From the NCBI GenBank assembly GCA_016748015.1, contig JAAOMT010000283.1, positions 562,108 through 626,107 on the forward strand: a DNA stretch of 64,000 nucleotides. Direction: 5' to 3'. Source of the DNA: Geosiphon pyriformis uo1. Lineage: Eukaryota > Fungi > Glomeromycota. Numbering within the stretch: position 1 is the stretch's first letter; the number at the start of each line of letters is the position of its first letter. Shown here one piece after another: positions 48,500 to 62,549 of the stretch. The notes under the pieces are model-generated. The model was not told where the DNA came from, ran no database searches, and worked only from the letters and a program-made list of their open reading frames with translations. Both the position numbers and the translations under genes were made by a program.

Positions 48500-50254
48500 A
48501 TTTTAAAAACTAAAAATAATAAACTAAAAATAATAAACAGTATTTTTAAAAATATAACCAAAAAAATATTACTTTACATAATTTAAAAAGCTTAATAAAA
48601 ATATAAAATAATAAGTTTTAAACTGTAAATAAAAATAAAATAATAAAAACTAATATAATTCAAACCAAAACATATAAAATTTCTATACCAAAAATATTTT
48701 TTCTCATTATTTTATTTTTAATATTTAGTTATTTTATCATGATTATTTTTCGAAACATTTAACAGTTATTTCAAAAGTTAATAGTAGTATTAAAAATACT
48801 TCCTAACTTATCTATAACAATTAACAGAAATTAAATTAATTATATTCAGAAAGAAACTACAGCTTCAATAATAAAAAAATCACAAAGCTATTATTTTTAT
48901 TAAAAAAACACAAAAAATTATTTTGGAAGTCATCTACCAAAACTTTAAAGCAAACTTTAAAAAAACACATTTTATTTATCTTATCAATATTTTACTAAAC
49001 ATTATAATTCAACAAAAACTTTAATTGTGTTTTAATAAACAAAACAATGATTATATTTTTATTTATTAATATTTTTACATTGAAAAAACACTTTATAAAC
49101 AAAAATTGAAACTTGAAGCAATAAACTTTACTTCTAAAATAATACAAAAACAAATTTACAATGAATTCAAAACAATAGCTAAACCAACAAACATTCATTA
49201 TAAACTTAGAGCAGCTTTTAAACTTTATGAGTTATTTAATACTTGTAAAAATGTTTTACAAAATCCAATACTTTAATTATTAAAAATTCAATATATTGAA
49301 AAGCTCACAGAACTAAAATTTCAACAATTTTCAAAACAAATTACATCAATAATTTTAGACTATTATTTAGAAATTAAAGATAGTACTTAAATTATAATAA
49401 AGCTCAGTCTTAAAAAAAAGATTATATTACCAATAGAAATTTGAGATATTATTTAGCATAAAATTTTTCTTATAATTCCTATTATTAATTAATATATATT
49501 ATTATTAAATTATCTAAATTACTATTCAATTAATAACTTAATTTGTACGAATACACAAATTGTAATGATTAGATCACACAATATTTTAAACTATATAACA
49601 TTCAAAAATTTGCTAAAATTTGTAAAAATTTGTAAAAATAATTAATAGTTTATCAAAATATTTAATAATTCATAAAAATAACTTGTAATTTGCCAAAATG
49701 TATTTTTAGTTCAGTAAAATAATAGCAAAGAGAAAAAATGCAAGTTTATAGACTAGTATTACAAAAAGTTATATAAAAAAAGAGTTTTTTTTTCGAAAAA
49801 ATATATCTCAACTAGAATTATCTTTATTAAAAATATCTTCCTTAGTATCTATATAAATTACTTTAATAAAAACTATATTGAAAAACAACAAAATTATAAT
49901 CATTTCGCTTAAAATTTTCTGAATTCTAACTAATGTTTTGAAATTGATTAGCTTCTAATTTCAGTAATTTATTAATAATGTCAGATCTAAATAAAAAACA
50001 ATTTTTCTAACAAAATTTTTTTTATTTTACTTTTTTTTATTTTCGTTTTTTTTTTAAATATACATTAAGATAGCCTACAAACAAAATTCTTGTAAAAAAG
50101 TTAACTTTTACAGCAAAGTAATTACATATTTTTAGTAAGCTTTTAGACAAGCATTTTCTGAAAAAAATTTGACTTTTACTGTAAAGTAACTATACAAGTA
50201 ATTAATATAGAATTGGTTATTCTACTTATAAATTCAGTAGTTTAAATTATAAGA
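48500..50254 (+). mobile_element. Very decayed 3' fragment of a family-A element (A3): spacer, ORF-X from 48739, PPT relic, truncated LTR from ~49425
   Basis: ATGATTATTTTTCGAAACATT.. and AAGCTCACAGAACTAAAATTTCAACAA match A ORF-X; 49425-50254 is colinear with the reverse complement of the A LTR. Confidence 0.8.
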
Positions 50255-51690
50255 AATTTAAGCTTACAAAATGTTTTTTGTTAAATATATTAATTTATAC
50301 TAATAGTTTTGTTTAGAATTTTGGTTTTATTAGAGCTGTTAGCAGTACTGTTGCCTACTTTTTAAGATTAGTCTGAAATTAATATAAAAATATATAATTT
50401 GCTGTCTTTAATTCTAATTAAAATACAAATTATTGTTTTAGTTCTTGAATATATTTTAGTTTTATTTTATATTACAATTTTTTTTGATAATTAAGCCTTT
50501 TTGAATTTTTATTGTGCTAATTATTGTTATTGGTTTTTAACTTTTATAATAGTTGCTAAATTAAATATTTTTACATTAAATTTCTGGTTTAATTCAAAAA
50601 TATTTCTGTTAATTAAATGAAAGTTAAAAACCATTTTAATGTATTAAATAATAAACAAGTTAATATATTAATATATTATATTTTTAAGTATTATTTTTTT
50701 ACTATCTAATAAAATTTGATTTTTAATAGTAAAAAATCAGGTAATATTTAACAATATTTACTATTTTATTAAATTAATAAATAATACTATAAAGTGTTTT
50801 TTTTGGAAAACTGGTTTAAGACCTAAGATTGTAAATTTTTTTTTTATTAATAATATAAATTGACATTTTATTGTTTCTGTTTAACATTTTAATTTTGATA
50901 TAACTGCTAATTATATAAGCAAAAATATGATAAATTTACACATATACATGATAAAAACTCTTTATAAAAAACTGTTAATTACTATTTATAAATAGTTATA
51001 TAACAACAAATATTTTATTATTATATATATACTATAGAAAAGTTAGATTTTCAGACTATATTTTTATTTGTAAATCAAATTCTGCTGTTTGTTAAAAGTT
51101 GTTAAATAAATAATTTATTTATTAAAAATTTTTGACTAGTAAAAATTTGATATTATTAGTAATGTTTCAATAATTGGTTTTGTATTATTCTAATATTACT
51201 TTATATTTATTATTGTATAAAAAATTAATTTTTAATAATTAGATAATAGAAATTAAAATAGTTTTTGGTAATTTCAAGTATATTATGTTTAAATTAGTTG
51301 CTTTTATGTATTGCTTAATTATTAGTTATAAAAATTATATATGATTGCTAAATTCAAAATTGTAAATAAAAATAAAATATAAAAATTTTTTAGATAATAG
51401 AGATATAATTTTTTTTAGCATGATAAATTTTTTGAATATAGTGTTTTATAATATTATATATTTGCTAAAAATAACTAAAAAACATACTGTTTGTTTTAAG
51501 TTAAAAATAGGCTATATGTTTTTTACAAGTGTAATTAAAATTGTTTCTGTTAATATAATTTTATAATAGTGTCTTAACTGATTAAATAACTAATTACATA
51601 TAACAAATATATGATTTATTTTTAATTTAAAACTCTAAATAGTTGTATTATATTAGATTAAAATTAGATTTTATTAATTAAATAAAGTTT
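50255..51690 (+). mobile_element. Decayed 3' part of a LINE (RNase H, knuckle region, 3' UTR)
   Basis: Colinear with 46980-48370; NLHIYMIKTLYKKL..FSDYIFIC; 3' UTR relic at ~51565-51685. Confidence 0.65.
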
Positions 51691-52039
51691 AATTAGTTTA
51701 AAGTAACTTATAAAAAATTTATTAAAAATTTATTAAAAATACAAAAAATTTTATAAAAAAATAATTATTTTTATAAATTAGGTTTTTATTTTTTTATAAA
51801 AACCAATAATTTTAAATTATTAACTTTAAATCTGAAAATATTACAATATTATTAATAAACTTTATATATATTTATATTTTAAATATTAGAAAATATGTTT
51901 TTTATTTATATAATTATATTATTTATCTCATTATTAAAATTGCAAAATACAAATTAATTTAAAATGCTTAAAATATATATTTTAATAAAAACAAAACACA
52001 CAAATAATATTTAAACAAACAAAATATAAAAAATTAAAA

Positions 52040-52660
52040 TATTTTAATTATATTTTTTTTCTATAATTAATTTTAAATTAAAATTGTGAATTTTAAATAA
52101 ACAATTAATACAGTTTAAAAGCAAATTTGGCTAAATTTAATATGCTAAAATTTTAAATGGCTTTAAAAAATCAGTAATATTTAAAAAATTTTATTGATAA
52201 ATATGTTTTATTTTTTTTTGGCCAAGAAGTTAATATTAAAAAACTGAAATAAAAATTTTTGTTAAATTTTAGATCTGTTTTAACAAAGCTTAAAATAATA
52301 AATTTAATAATAATAACAATAATAATAATAAATAAATAAATATCATATAGTAATATAAAAATTTTTAATCAAATAAAATATTAAAATAATTATAATAAAA
52401 AATGTATAAAATTTTTGAGCATATTTAATCTTATATTTGGTTATAATTAGTTTATAGATTTAAGTATGTTTGTTTATATAATTAATTTTAAAATCTTGTT
52501 ATATTATAAAGTCTTAGGTTTGAAAGTAAGATTAAATACGTTTAATGTATGGTAATATATAGTTTCAATTTGTTTAAATAACTAGTAATGTATAGAAAAA
52601 TGTAAAATTTACATTTTTTTTAGACATTTACATGTAATATTTTAGAGATAATAAAAGATT
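52040..52660 (+). mobile_element. Extremely decayed LINE 3' end
   Basis: TGTTTAAATAACTAGTAATGTATAG resembles the 3' UTR motif GGCTCGAGTAGCTCGTCACGTGTAG after C>T and G>A changes. Confidence 0.45.
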
Positions 52661-55600
52661 TATATTCATTAAAGCCAAAAAAACATGGTTTTAGAAAAAA
52701 TATATTAAAGTGAAATTTTTTGGCAATATATTAATATTATCAATAAATATTAAGTTTTGATTATAATTAAACACAAATAAAGCATATGTGTAGTTAAATT
52801 TTTTTTAAAATTAATTAATTACATGCTTTATTATAATTTGTTCTATAACAGCTATATTATTAATGTATCATAAAAAATAAATTTAAAACTTAAGCTAAAT
52901 AAGTTTATTTTTGCTTTATAATAATTTTTTTAAAAAACATAAAGTTTTACAATTTTAATTAATTGAAATTCTTATCAAAAAAATGATTGCAACCAATTGT
53001 AACATTTTTTTACAAGATTGCAGCATTATCTTTAAATAAATATTTTGATAAGTATTTGATAACTTGAAAATTGATTTTTTTAACAGTTTTGCAAGAAAAT
53101 TGTTTTCAAAAATTAATAATAATTAACTTAATGCATTTAAATAACTTTATATATAAAATATGTTATATATATTTTTCAGCAAAAAGTAATAAAAAAGTGG
53201 GTTCATTTACCAATAGTATAAAACCCGGAATCCTACCTTGAGACTAACAACCGTAACAACATTTAATAGTTAAAGATTTTTTGATTTTTTGATTGAATAT
53301 TAGTGTTTTTCATTTAATTTATATAATAAGACAATATAAAAAGTTAATGAGTAAAATTAAATATATATTTTATATAATGAAAAAGCGGAAATCATATAAG
53401 GTGAAGTTTGTCTATTTTTTCGGTGACTCTAATTGAAAAATCCGAAATTTTATCTTTTGTTTAAAAGTGGTTGAGTTTTCTAAATTCTTTTTTATTGGAA
53501 ATTTATAATTTTTTAATAAAAAAAATAGAAAAAAAAGAGGTTTATATTCTATTTATTTATGAAAAAAAAATTGATCATTTATATTTATTGTATTATTAAA
53601 ATTGTAAAAAGCATTCTACAAACTCATTATAGAAGAATGTAGCTTTTTTCTGTTATTCAAATTAAATAGATTTAAATAAATTAAACTTGAAATATTTATT
53701 TTATCAATATCCTTACCATCTAATTTATTACTATGTCATTTAAAAATACAGAACCTTGGATATATTTTAGTCATGAATTTAAAAAACCAGGTAAATTTGA
53801 TAAATGAAAACTTTCTATTACAAGAACAACAACATTTCTAAGTGATGAGCAAAATTTATATTTATGGTAATTTTTGAGTGATGATGAACAAAATCTTACA
53901 TTTTTGCTAATTTGAATGACACATGAAAAGCCCAAATTTCGAATTAAAGTAAACAATAGCTTTCTAAAATTCTGATAAAATTCCGCCATTTGAAAGCTGA
54001 AATAACGCCATTCTACAATCTTTTTTAAATATCAAAAGCTTTCAAAGTGAAATATTTTAAATTTCACTCATCATTCAATCACTTAACCACCTTTGAGCCA
54101 TTGGGTTGAAGAGTGACTCGTATTCCATTTGTGTTGGTATACACATTTTTAACATAGCACCGAGACAGCATTTGAGAATTAAAGTTTGACCCAATCAACT
54201 TTACAGTCTTTATCATCTCAAGCCGTCGGCGTTAATTTATAGTTCAGCTTATTCCATTAACGCAAAATTTATTTGAAATTATCCATGTAATTTCAAATGT
54301 TCAGTACGATAAGAACGTGTTCAAAACCAATTGAATTTAAAATTTATAAAAAATTATTTTGAATGATGCTTAATTACTTCTTTTTTTTTTGGTTCAACGA
54401 CGGTTGATATCTCATCAAATGGGAAAAATTTAATCTTGATTAGGCTAAATTGATTAAAGAGAAAGAAATTTGATTTCTTAACTGAGTATTTTTCTCAAAT
54501 AGAAGCTTAACCTATCAAAATTATCAATGAGAGAATTTAAATCTCCAGACTTTGACATGTTATTGCAAAATATTCCCACAGAACAAAGAACCCCTAACTT
54601 CCATACTCTTTGAAACTAATTCGACTCCTATAACATGAATACTTTACAATCTTCAATTGTTGTATAATTGTGGGTTGCTAATATTGTTACAGCTAGAGAA
54701 TATATGTGTAATTATTTGGAAATCATTTTTTAAGAAATACATTCTTCCTTCTCAAATATATAATAAACCTGATAATTTTTCATGCAAGACGAATTTAAAT
54801 GTTTCAAATGTCTCAAATGTTAATCCCTTCTTGAAGACAGTTGGAACTCCCAAAAAAATCTTCATACCTATTTGAGGTTAGTTGGAGGATGCGAAGCAGC
54901 GATCCCCGATCATGCAAAACTCGGGTTAAAGAAACCAATTTGGAAAATATCTTAAGTTCATATATCTAAGTTGTAAATCACTTCAATTTGATAGATTAAA
55001 GAATCTTGGTAAAACGTGTCAATAGAGGAAATAAATTCTTTGTGTTACAAGAATGTGTGGGCTTTTGATGAAAAATGAAGTTTCTTCCGAAAGCTTTGCT
55101 ATTTCAAAACATTTTTGCAATTTTTTGAATGATAATTCGTCATTTGCCAATCAAAAGTCCCACATTTAGTATCACAAACAGAGATACTTATGCATGCATC
55201 GCAATCATTTGGATTTTGGTTGGCCATCTAGAGAGCTTGACTATCGGAAAGGAGACATAAAAGAAAATCTCGGATTTGCAAATGTAGCTTCGTATTCTGA
55301 AGCCACAAGAAACAATATTTCGACCGAACACAAAGAGAGCATCAATATTGGGTACATTTTTATACAGCTTGTACTATCCAAATCAGGCAAATTTAATTGA
55401 AAGGATATGTCATGCTGGTGGGACCATTGTAATGCAAAACACCACAGCAATCAATATAGAATGAGCAAACTCGCGAAATTTGGCGAATGTTTCTCGTCTT
55501 TCCTTTTCCCTTTCCCTTTCCCTTTCTTTGACCTTCTCTCTCGATTCTTCCTTCCACATCGCCTCGTTCTTTCACTAGAACAGCGAACTCGACTTTCCTT

Positions 55601-55879
55601 TTCGGGGATATAATCATTCTTTTTATTTTGTCTTCAAAGATATTCTGTGTGTAGGTGTTGCTTCAAAGACATTCTCATTCGCCATTGGCTACCTTTACCC
55701 AATATTAAACAAGTCAATTTGGTTTTCTCTGAAATAGATTGTATATGTTTAAAAAATTGATTTCGAATTTTGGCTTTGTTGTAAAATATTTTGGCATTTT
55801 TAAAGCTCAAAATTCAATAAGCTAAAAAGAGGAAATTTCTTGCATTTCATCATCATCATCGCATTATTATCAATTCAAA

Positions 55880-56255
55880 ATGTCTGATAAATCATCCGCT
55901 TTGTTGTCTCAGGCTCCAGAACTGGGGGCTAAAGATACTTCTGCCTCACAACCTGCAAAAGTTGCAAATCCTACTCCTACTCCAGCTTCGACTTCGGCTT
56001 CGGCTTCAGCGCCCGCTTCAACATCTACCGCAACACCTGCACCTGCACCTGCACCTGCGACTGATCTTAATAAGAATCGTAATGAAGACGATAATTCCAA
56101 CAATGAATCTAAAAATAAAAAGAATGATTCCCCACCTCCAAAAAATAATTCTTCCAGTCCGGAAGCTCAAGCTATTTCAACAGCTGTAGCAACTCCTACT
56201 ACAACTGCAAGTTCGTCACCAACTAATTCAAATAGTAATAGTAATAGTAATAGTA

Positions 56256-56291
<36 letters not shown>

Positions 56292-57112
56292 CAAGTAAAA
56301 CGGGGGTAAATAATGCAGCTTCTGTTAATTCAATTCCCACCACACTTACCTTTAAAGATAGTCCAACCACCTCTTTAATACCCACATTAACTGTTCCAAC
56401 TAATTCCAGCACTGAATTATCGGCCCAATCATCATCTACTTTAGATCCACTATCTACCAGTAATGGTAATAATAATGAAGGTGGCGCATCGGCTGGTGTA
56501 ATGATCGGTGGTATGATGGTCGCCACTTTAGTTGTTGTAGTTCTTATCACTATGATTGTACGACGAAAAATAAGGGTTATCCGGTCCAGTTCTCCAAGTC
56601 TCAAAGATTCCGGATACAATGACGCCTACATGAACGAAAAGTCTGCTTATTATAATGAAAAAGATTCGATACCTCACATTAATAAACCCGATTCTATCTT
56701 TGTGGATCCGTCAAATAATGGTGGTATCAATTACGGTAGTAGAGGGAATGGAGGAAATCTTTCTCCAATGCCTACAAACCGTCTTAGTATTTATCGTCAA
56801 AGCACTGGTGGAATGTATGACCCACCAACTTCATTAATCCCGGTGAATGGTCGATACACACCAGCGCTCAGTCGTCAGCCTAGTACGAACTCTTATATTA
56901 ACTATTATGGTGGAAATGGAACAGGTGACTTAAGTCAACCACAACAGCAATATTATTTAGAGCCGGAAACATATTATTCAGCTGATGATTACACAGCTTC
57001 AGTTGATAATTATGGAATGCAAATGCCTCCATTATATCCACAAAATCCGACATCACCATACGATGAACACCGAGGACTGACATCGCCGCCACCTCCTGGT
57101 CACGCTTATTAA
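55880..57112 (+). CDS. Single-pass membrane protein with S/T/P/N-rich ectodomain and Y/P-rich tail (Mid2/Wsc/mucin-like sensor architecture), 410 aa
   Basis: Long ORF with CpGs retained; hydrophobic GVMIGGMMVATLVVVVLITMIV followed by RRK; poly-Asn tract. Confidence 0.8.
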
Positions 57113-57587
57113 AGTTTATTGTCAATCGAAAGTAATAGTTCACAATTTACCATCAAGACCATTACTTATTCGTGATCTCCCCAACTCCTTCCTCACAACT
57201 CATCCTTGATTTACATAGTATTTTCGAGAGAAAAGTTGAAATATTGTGAATTCTAATTTTGTTAGAAACAAGATTATCCAAAAAATGAAAGAAATGGAAC
57301 CTTGGTAAAAAAAACATTGTCATTTCAATTTCTTTAAAACTATTGATTTGGAGAAATTGAAAAAAGATGATGAATCATTTGATTTTTTTTACTAGATAAC
57401 AGTTTCAGAATTGGAAAATTTTTTGAAAAAGTTTTGCCAAAAGTATCGGTTCCATTTACTTGAAAGAATTGAGTTGTTCTGGTTTAAAATTGAATTTTAG
57501 ATATTTGTACTAAATAAAGATGTAATACTTGCATGTAAACTAGTTTAAATATATATTCTAACACTAGAGTCGCTATACATAGCCTTC

Positions 57588-57636
57588 CTTTACTTTACTT
57601 TACTTTACTTTACTTTACTTTACTTTACTTTACTTT
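57588..57636. repeat. (CTTTA)n microsatellite
   Basis: About 10 units. Confidence 0.95.
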
Positions 57637-59876
57637 CCCTTACCTTGCCTACCATCACCAACTTGTATTAATATTATTTATATTTTGATTTACTTTAAAT
57701 CTGTCCCAATGAAAACTCAATCAGAGAAAGTATTTTTTTCCTATTCGGCCTCAAAGCTAAATAGGAAATTACGTTAAAGCCTTAACTTTAAAAAGAATAG
57801 TTCGGCTTTTTGGATTTTTTTCAATATCGTTGATAAAATTTGAATAAATTCTGAATTTCGATTAAAAATTTCTGGTCAAACTTCCCAAAAAAATTCATTC
57901 ATTTAATTAGAGACATTATATTCAAGAATATCTTTTCAAGCTCCATTAAAAGCGGAATCAATCTTGGAGTCATATAGACAAAATTTTCATAGGTCAAAAA
58001 TTACTTTGAACGCCCCATTAAATTTTCATCTATATCCACACTCAATTAAAATTATTGGAAAAAGGTGTAACGCCTTTAGAATTCAATAATTAAAGTCATG
58101 GATACACTTAATGAAAATAATGCATATGATAGCTACGCAGAGTGAACATAAAAGTTTGTACATGTATTACCAATTTTCCAGCGTACATGCTACTTGATAT
58201 TTGTAAAGAAAGAGATAATTAGCAGAATGATTAAGAATGACAGGAAATTTGATCGAATGAATATAGCCTGCCTCCTGAAAGTAATCTTTCATCTCTTTCA
58301 TTTTGTACTAGGAATGAAAAAAATTTAAATGAATTGGACATTAAACCATGCCCACTTCAAAACGATATATATATATGAATCAAGATCTTTGGCAAAAATT
58401 TTTTGTCCAAGAAATTTTTGATTATAATGAAAATTCAGTAATTAATGGCTTATCAAGATTGAGGTATAATAAACTATGAATAAAAAAAAATAAACGCACA
58501 GAATATGCTCGCTAGGAAATCTTGAAATCAAATTTTTTCGGTCGTTTGTTTTTCATGAAAAAGTATGACAGTCTGTTGAAAATTATTATGTATGTGCCTT
58601 CGTTTCAACAGGACTTGGTTGGGAAGTTTTCATTCATACATTCCTTCCTTTTGTTTGTTCCCTTTATTGCAAAGAAAATTATATTATTACTTTTAAGATT
58701 CGTCCTTTTCCCGAAATTTAGTTTTTATGAATCTTGAATAAAAAAAACGTTTTTAAAGTTTGCTTCAGAAATTCTCTTACTATTAAAAAATAATGATTTG
58801 GAACGTTGGCAAGAACCTTTTCATGGAAGTTATTGTCTAAATTTCTTGAGCCAAATGGCTGTCACTTTTACACAACCCAACGATAAACAAAGTAATATTT
58901 TCCAATAAAGTTTACAAGCAAAAAGTTTTTTAGCTACTCAGCTAGTATACTTTGGATTGTTACTTTTTTGGAAATGTCATTTTTTCAAGCATTTTATTAA
59001 TGTTTTCAAAATAATTCAAAGAATTTTTGATGTAATATAAGACGGAAAACAAAATAAATTAGTTTTTATTCTCACAAAAGCCATCCCATGAAAAGATTTT
59101 TTTGACATAGGACAAAACATTTAAAACAACTGAAAAGCTGTTTCATCATAAAATTGTCCTTAAAGTGAGTGAAACGTAGTCTATTTAAATATAATTTGGC
59201 TTTTGAGCTTTTGGTATAACTATAGATAGGATTTTTTTACCACCAATTAATTACAAATGTTTGTAAATTAGTTTAATGAATATTGTTTGTCAAGATAAAT
59301 CATTATCTTTGCTATAATTTTTATAGTTTAGTGTTTCTACTTTGTTTTTGAGCTTTTTGGCTATTAGAAACTATTTTAATGGTAATTTATACAAAAATAA
59401 CGAAATTACATCAAAGATATGTAAAAATAAATTCATTAAAAAAAGTTTTGTATCATACGTATTAAGCTAAAAGATGTTAAAATTTACATGTTTTAATCTG
59501 ATTAAAAAAGAAAATTAATGTTATGACTGTTAACTTTCTTTTTCAGCTTACGATTAAACCTTTCAATGAATCTGCTCCAGTGGTTTAAACAGTAACAGAT
59601 AATGTATTTTAGAAAGAATTGGATATGTTGCCATTTAAATTAAAATAACTTGTTTTACTATTAATTAACAATAAAATATGGCAATTTTTAGATATTAAAC
59701 TAGTAGTCAAATTTTTTTAAACATTTTTTAATATATTGCTTGCATTTATGCTTTTAAATTAACATAATAGGTTACAAATAATGTATTGAATTTATATTAG
59801 TTAATCTGTATGATTCATTTAAAAATCTATTAATTGGGAGTTTAATTTTTCAGCATTAATAGAATTGAAAGTTAAC

Positions 59877-59894
59877 ATAATAATAATAATAATA

Positions 59895-59976
<82 letters not shown>

Positions 59977-59998
59977 CAATAATAATAATAATAATAAT
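59877..59998. repeat. (AAT)n microsatellite
   Basis: About 40 units with few interruptions. Confidence 0.95.
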
Positions 59999-61079
59999 TA
60001 GTGTTTTTTTTAATAAAAGTCTTGAAAAATAAAAGCCCTTACTTTTTTAAACCAAAGCAAAATTGTAATATCAATTTTTGATATAAAAAAAGTCATCTTT
60101 TGTAACTGTTGTCTGGTGTACTTTGAACTTCATTATAAAATTGTAAATTTTGTAAATTATTTAATCAGACAACACAAATGCACAAATAAAATAACCTGTT
60201 TTTTTAATTGGCAAAATCAGTTAAAATTATTTCACAACTAATAATTTTTTCAATTCATAATTGCATAGATTGATCCAACAAAGAATATTCCACCTTTTGA
60301 TATGAATTATGTGATTGTATTGTATGGAAGGTGAGGAAAACATTTTAACGTTTAGTAAGCTTTTGGTAATCAATGTGGTCGAATTGCTTTAGAGAAAAAA
60401 AATTGACCTATGAATTTAGGAATAAATTCTCGATAAATATTGATTCGAGAAAATTTGAATTTGGAATGCATAATAAATATGGCTTTGACAGTTATTCTTT
60501 TCAAGTCAATTAATTCTGACTAAATGATATTCGGAACCAGCTCAATGACTTTTGCTTCCACAAAATCATTATTTGCATGCATATCTAAGAGATTTTGCAG
60601 AAGTTTTAGGGAGGAGAGAAAATTTCAAACATAATACTATTTGAGAGTATATAGAAATACTCAGGGCTAGACTAAATTTGGCACTTTAACATTAGGCGAT
60701 TAGTTTATTAAGAAATTCTTTTCCCATTTATTAGAACTATGTTCTTCCGGTCAATTCTTTATTGTTCAATATAGAGTGTGTTGTTCCTTTCGTATTATAA
60801 TGAATTAACTAATTTTTGAGGTTCAAATCAGAATCTATTCCTAATTGAATGAACTTATCGCAGAGTCTTTAGATCCTAAATTTTCTAGCTAGTGAATGGT
60901 CCTTGCAAAATTTGCCTTCAAATTTTCCTCTTTTCAATAATACAATTTTGTAGTACACATCGATTTGATAATCTGAGATCGTCACTATGACACATACAAT
61001 CCATGATACACTTTAGGAGTGACCTGGTCCTATGTTAACCGCTTCGTCTACCTCAGTCGTTAAAAAGTAAAGCCTAATA

Positions 61080-62549
61080 ATGTTGCCATTAGAAGGCTGG
61101 AGTGAGGTTTTTGAAAACTTGGACGATAAAAGTTCACTGTTTTCTTGCCTCTTGGTCAGCCGTCTTTGGTGTAGGATAATTATGCCTATTTTATGGAGAA
61201 AGCCTTTTGACCTCGTCAGTGATATTGAAAGAAGGATTCGACTCTACAGGAATTTGAAAATACCTTTCGAGAAAAAATTTGACATTTCATATATTGTCAG
61301 AGAAGATTTGGCTAAACTGATCAATACCTATATTAAATGCTTTTCACCAGCCTCTAAAAGTGTTCTCGCTCAAAAGGGGATTGATATTTCCACACCAAAT
61401 GGTCACGCTCTAAGTTTTAATTATCCCTGTTTCATTCGAAATCTTCCTTTAGATAGTCTCATTGAGGCGAGCTCAGCATGGATTTCTAAAGAGGAGAAAC
61501 ACGATGAATATTTTGAGTTTGCAAAACTTTTATTATCCCGTGAGCTCTGTAAGCTATTCTTGGCCAGTTCTTCATCAATTTATAACGTATCTCTCGTCTA
61601 TTACATCCCTTATGGCCATGAATTTCATCCGCCTAATGATCTTCTCGCAATTCATGAATTCCCTGGCGCTAAAAATTGTCTTGCTCGTGTTAAGCAATTC
61701 AAGTGTTGTTTATTTAATGAACAGTGGAAAATAATGGATGGAATGTCAAAAATTTGCCGTAACTTGGAAGAGTTTGATATTCGATGCATTAGTGAGCCAA
61801 AGATACACTTATCTGATCAAAGTGAAGAAAATCTCTCAAAATTTATTTTAGCCCAGAAAATCGGAATGCGACAGTTCACTCTGAACTGTTGCGGGAAAAA
61901 TTGTCGAATATTAAAAGTGATTTCAAATCTTGTGAACCACGTTGAGACCTTGAAACATCTTGAATTCATACATGCGAGTTTTGAAAAGGACAATTTCTTG
62001 GAAATAATTGTAGCTTGCCGAAAACTTCGCACCTTGATATTTCGTGATTGTCAAATAAACGACACAAAAGTTTTGACATCCCCTAAGGCTACTTGTTTTG
62101 CTAGCCTCACTTCCCTTTTCTTTGTTGATACCTTCATCCCCCCACGAAAAGTAATTAAGATGTTAGAATCATGTATCCGATTAGAGACCTTGCAGATCGA
62201 TTTGGGTGAGGAAGAAGAATATCTACCGCAAATGGCCCTTAACTTTCCACCCACATTGCGTCATCTTACTGTAGATGCAGTAGGAGTCAATTGGATGACA
62301 CTTGAGGAAGCATTGATTAATATAAGAGCTCCGTTAGTGAGTCTCCGTTTTCCGGCTTGGATTTGCCGTAGTTTCACTGACCACCATCTATTGGTGATTG
62401 TGAAGTATAGTAAAGGCACGTTGCAACGACTGGATTTGCATTTGTGTATGAGTGTCCAAGGTAATATTTCATTTGAGGCAATGAGAGAAGCTAGAAGAGT
62501 AATTGAATTGGTTACTACTGGAGGATATTGGGCCTATAGCAGGTGGTAA
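61080..62549 (+). CDS. F-box / leucine-rich-repeat (RNI-like) protein, 489 aa
   Basis: N-terminal LPLEGWSEVFENL..LFSCLLVSRLWCRIIMPILWRKPF F-box; FNYPCFIRNL; repeated LxxLxL motifs. Confidence 0.88.
   Translation: MLPLEGWSEVFENLDDKSSLFSCLLVSRLWCRIIMPILWRKPFDLVSDIERRIRLYRNLKIPFEKKFDISYIVREDLAKLINTYIKCFSPASKSVLAQKGIDISTPNGHALSFNYPCFIRNLPLDSLIEASSAWISKEEKHDEYFEFAKLLLSRELCKLFLASSSSIYNVSLVYYIPYGHEFHPPNDLLAIHEFPGAKNCLARVKQFKCCLFNEQWKIMDGMSKICRNLEEFDIRCISEPKIHLSDQSEENLSKFILAQKIGMRQFTLNCCGKNCRILKVISNLVNHVETLKHLEFIHASFEKDNFLEIIVACRKLRTLIFRDCQINDTKVLTSPKATCFASLTSLFFVDTFIPPRKVIKMLESCIRLETLQIDLGEEEEYLPQMALNFPPTLRHLTVDAVGVNWMTLEEALINIRAPLVSLRFPAWICRSFTDHHLLVIVKYSKGTLQRLDLHLCMSVQGNISFEAMREARRVIELVTTGGYWAYSRW

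Noticed and set aside
54098-54195. Imperfect inverted repeat ATTGGGTTGAA / TTTGACCCAAT (possible MITE)
   Set aside because: It is short and mismatched, with no TSD and no second copy in the window.
55194-55617. Short overlapping ORFs upstream of the 410-aa gene
   Set aside because: No recognisable motifs; driven by a CT-rich promoter or 5' UTR tract.
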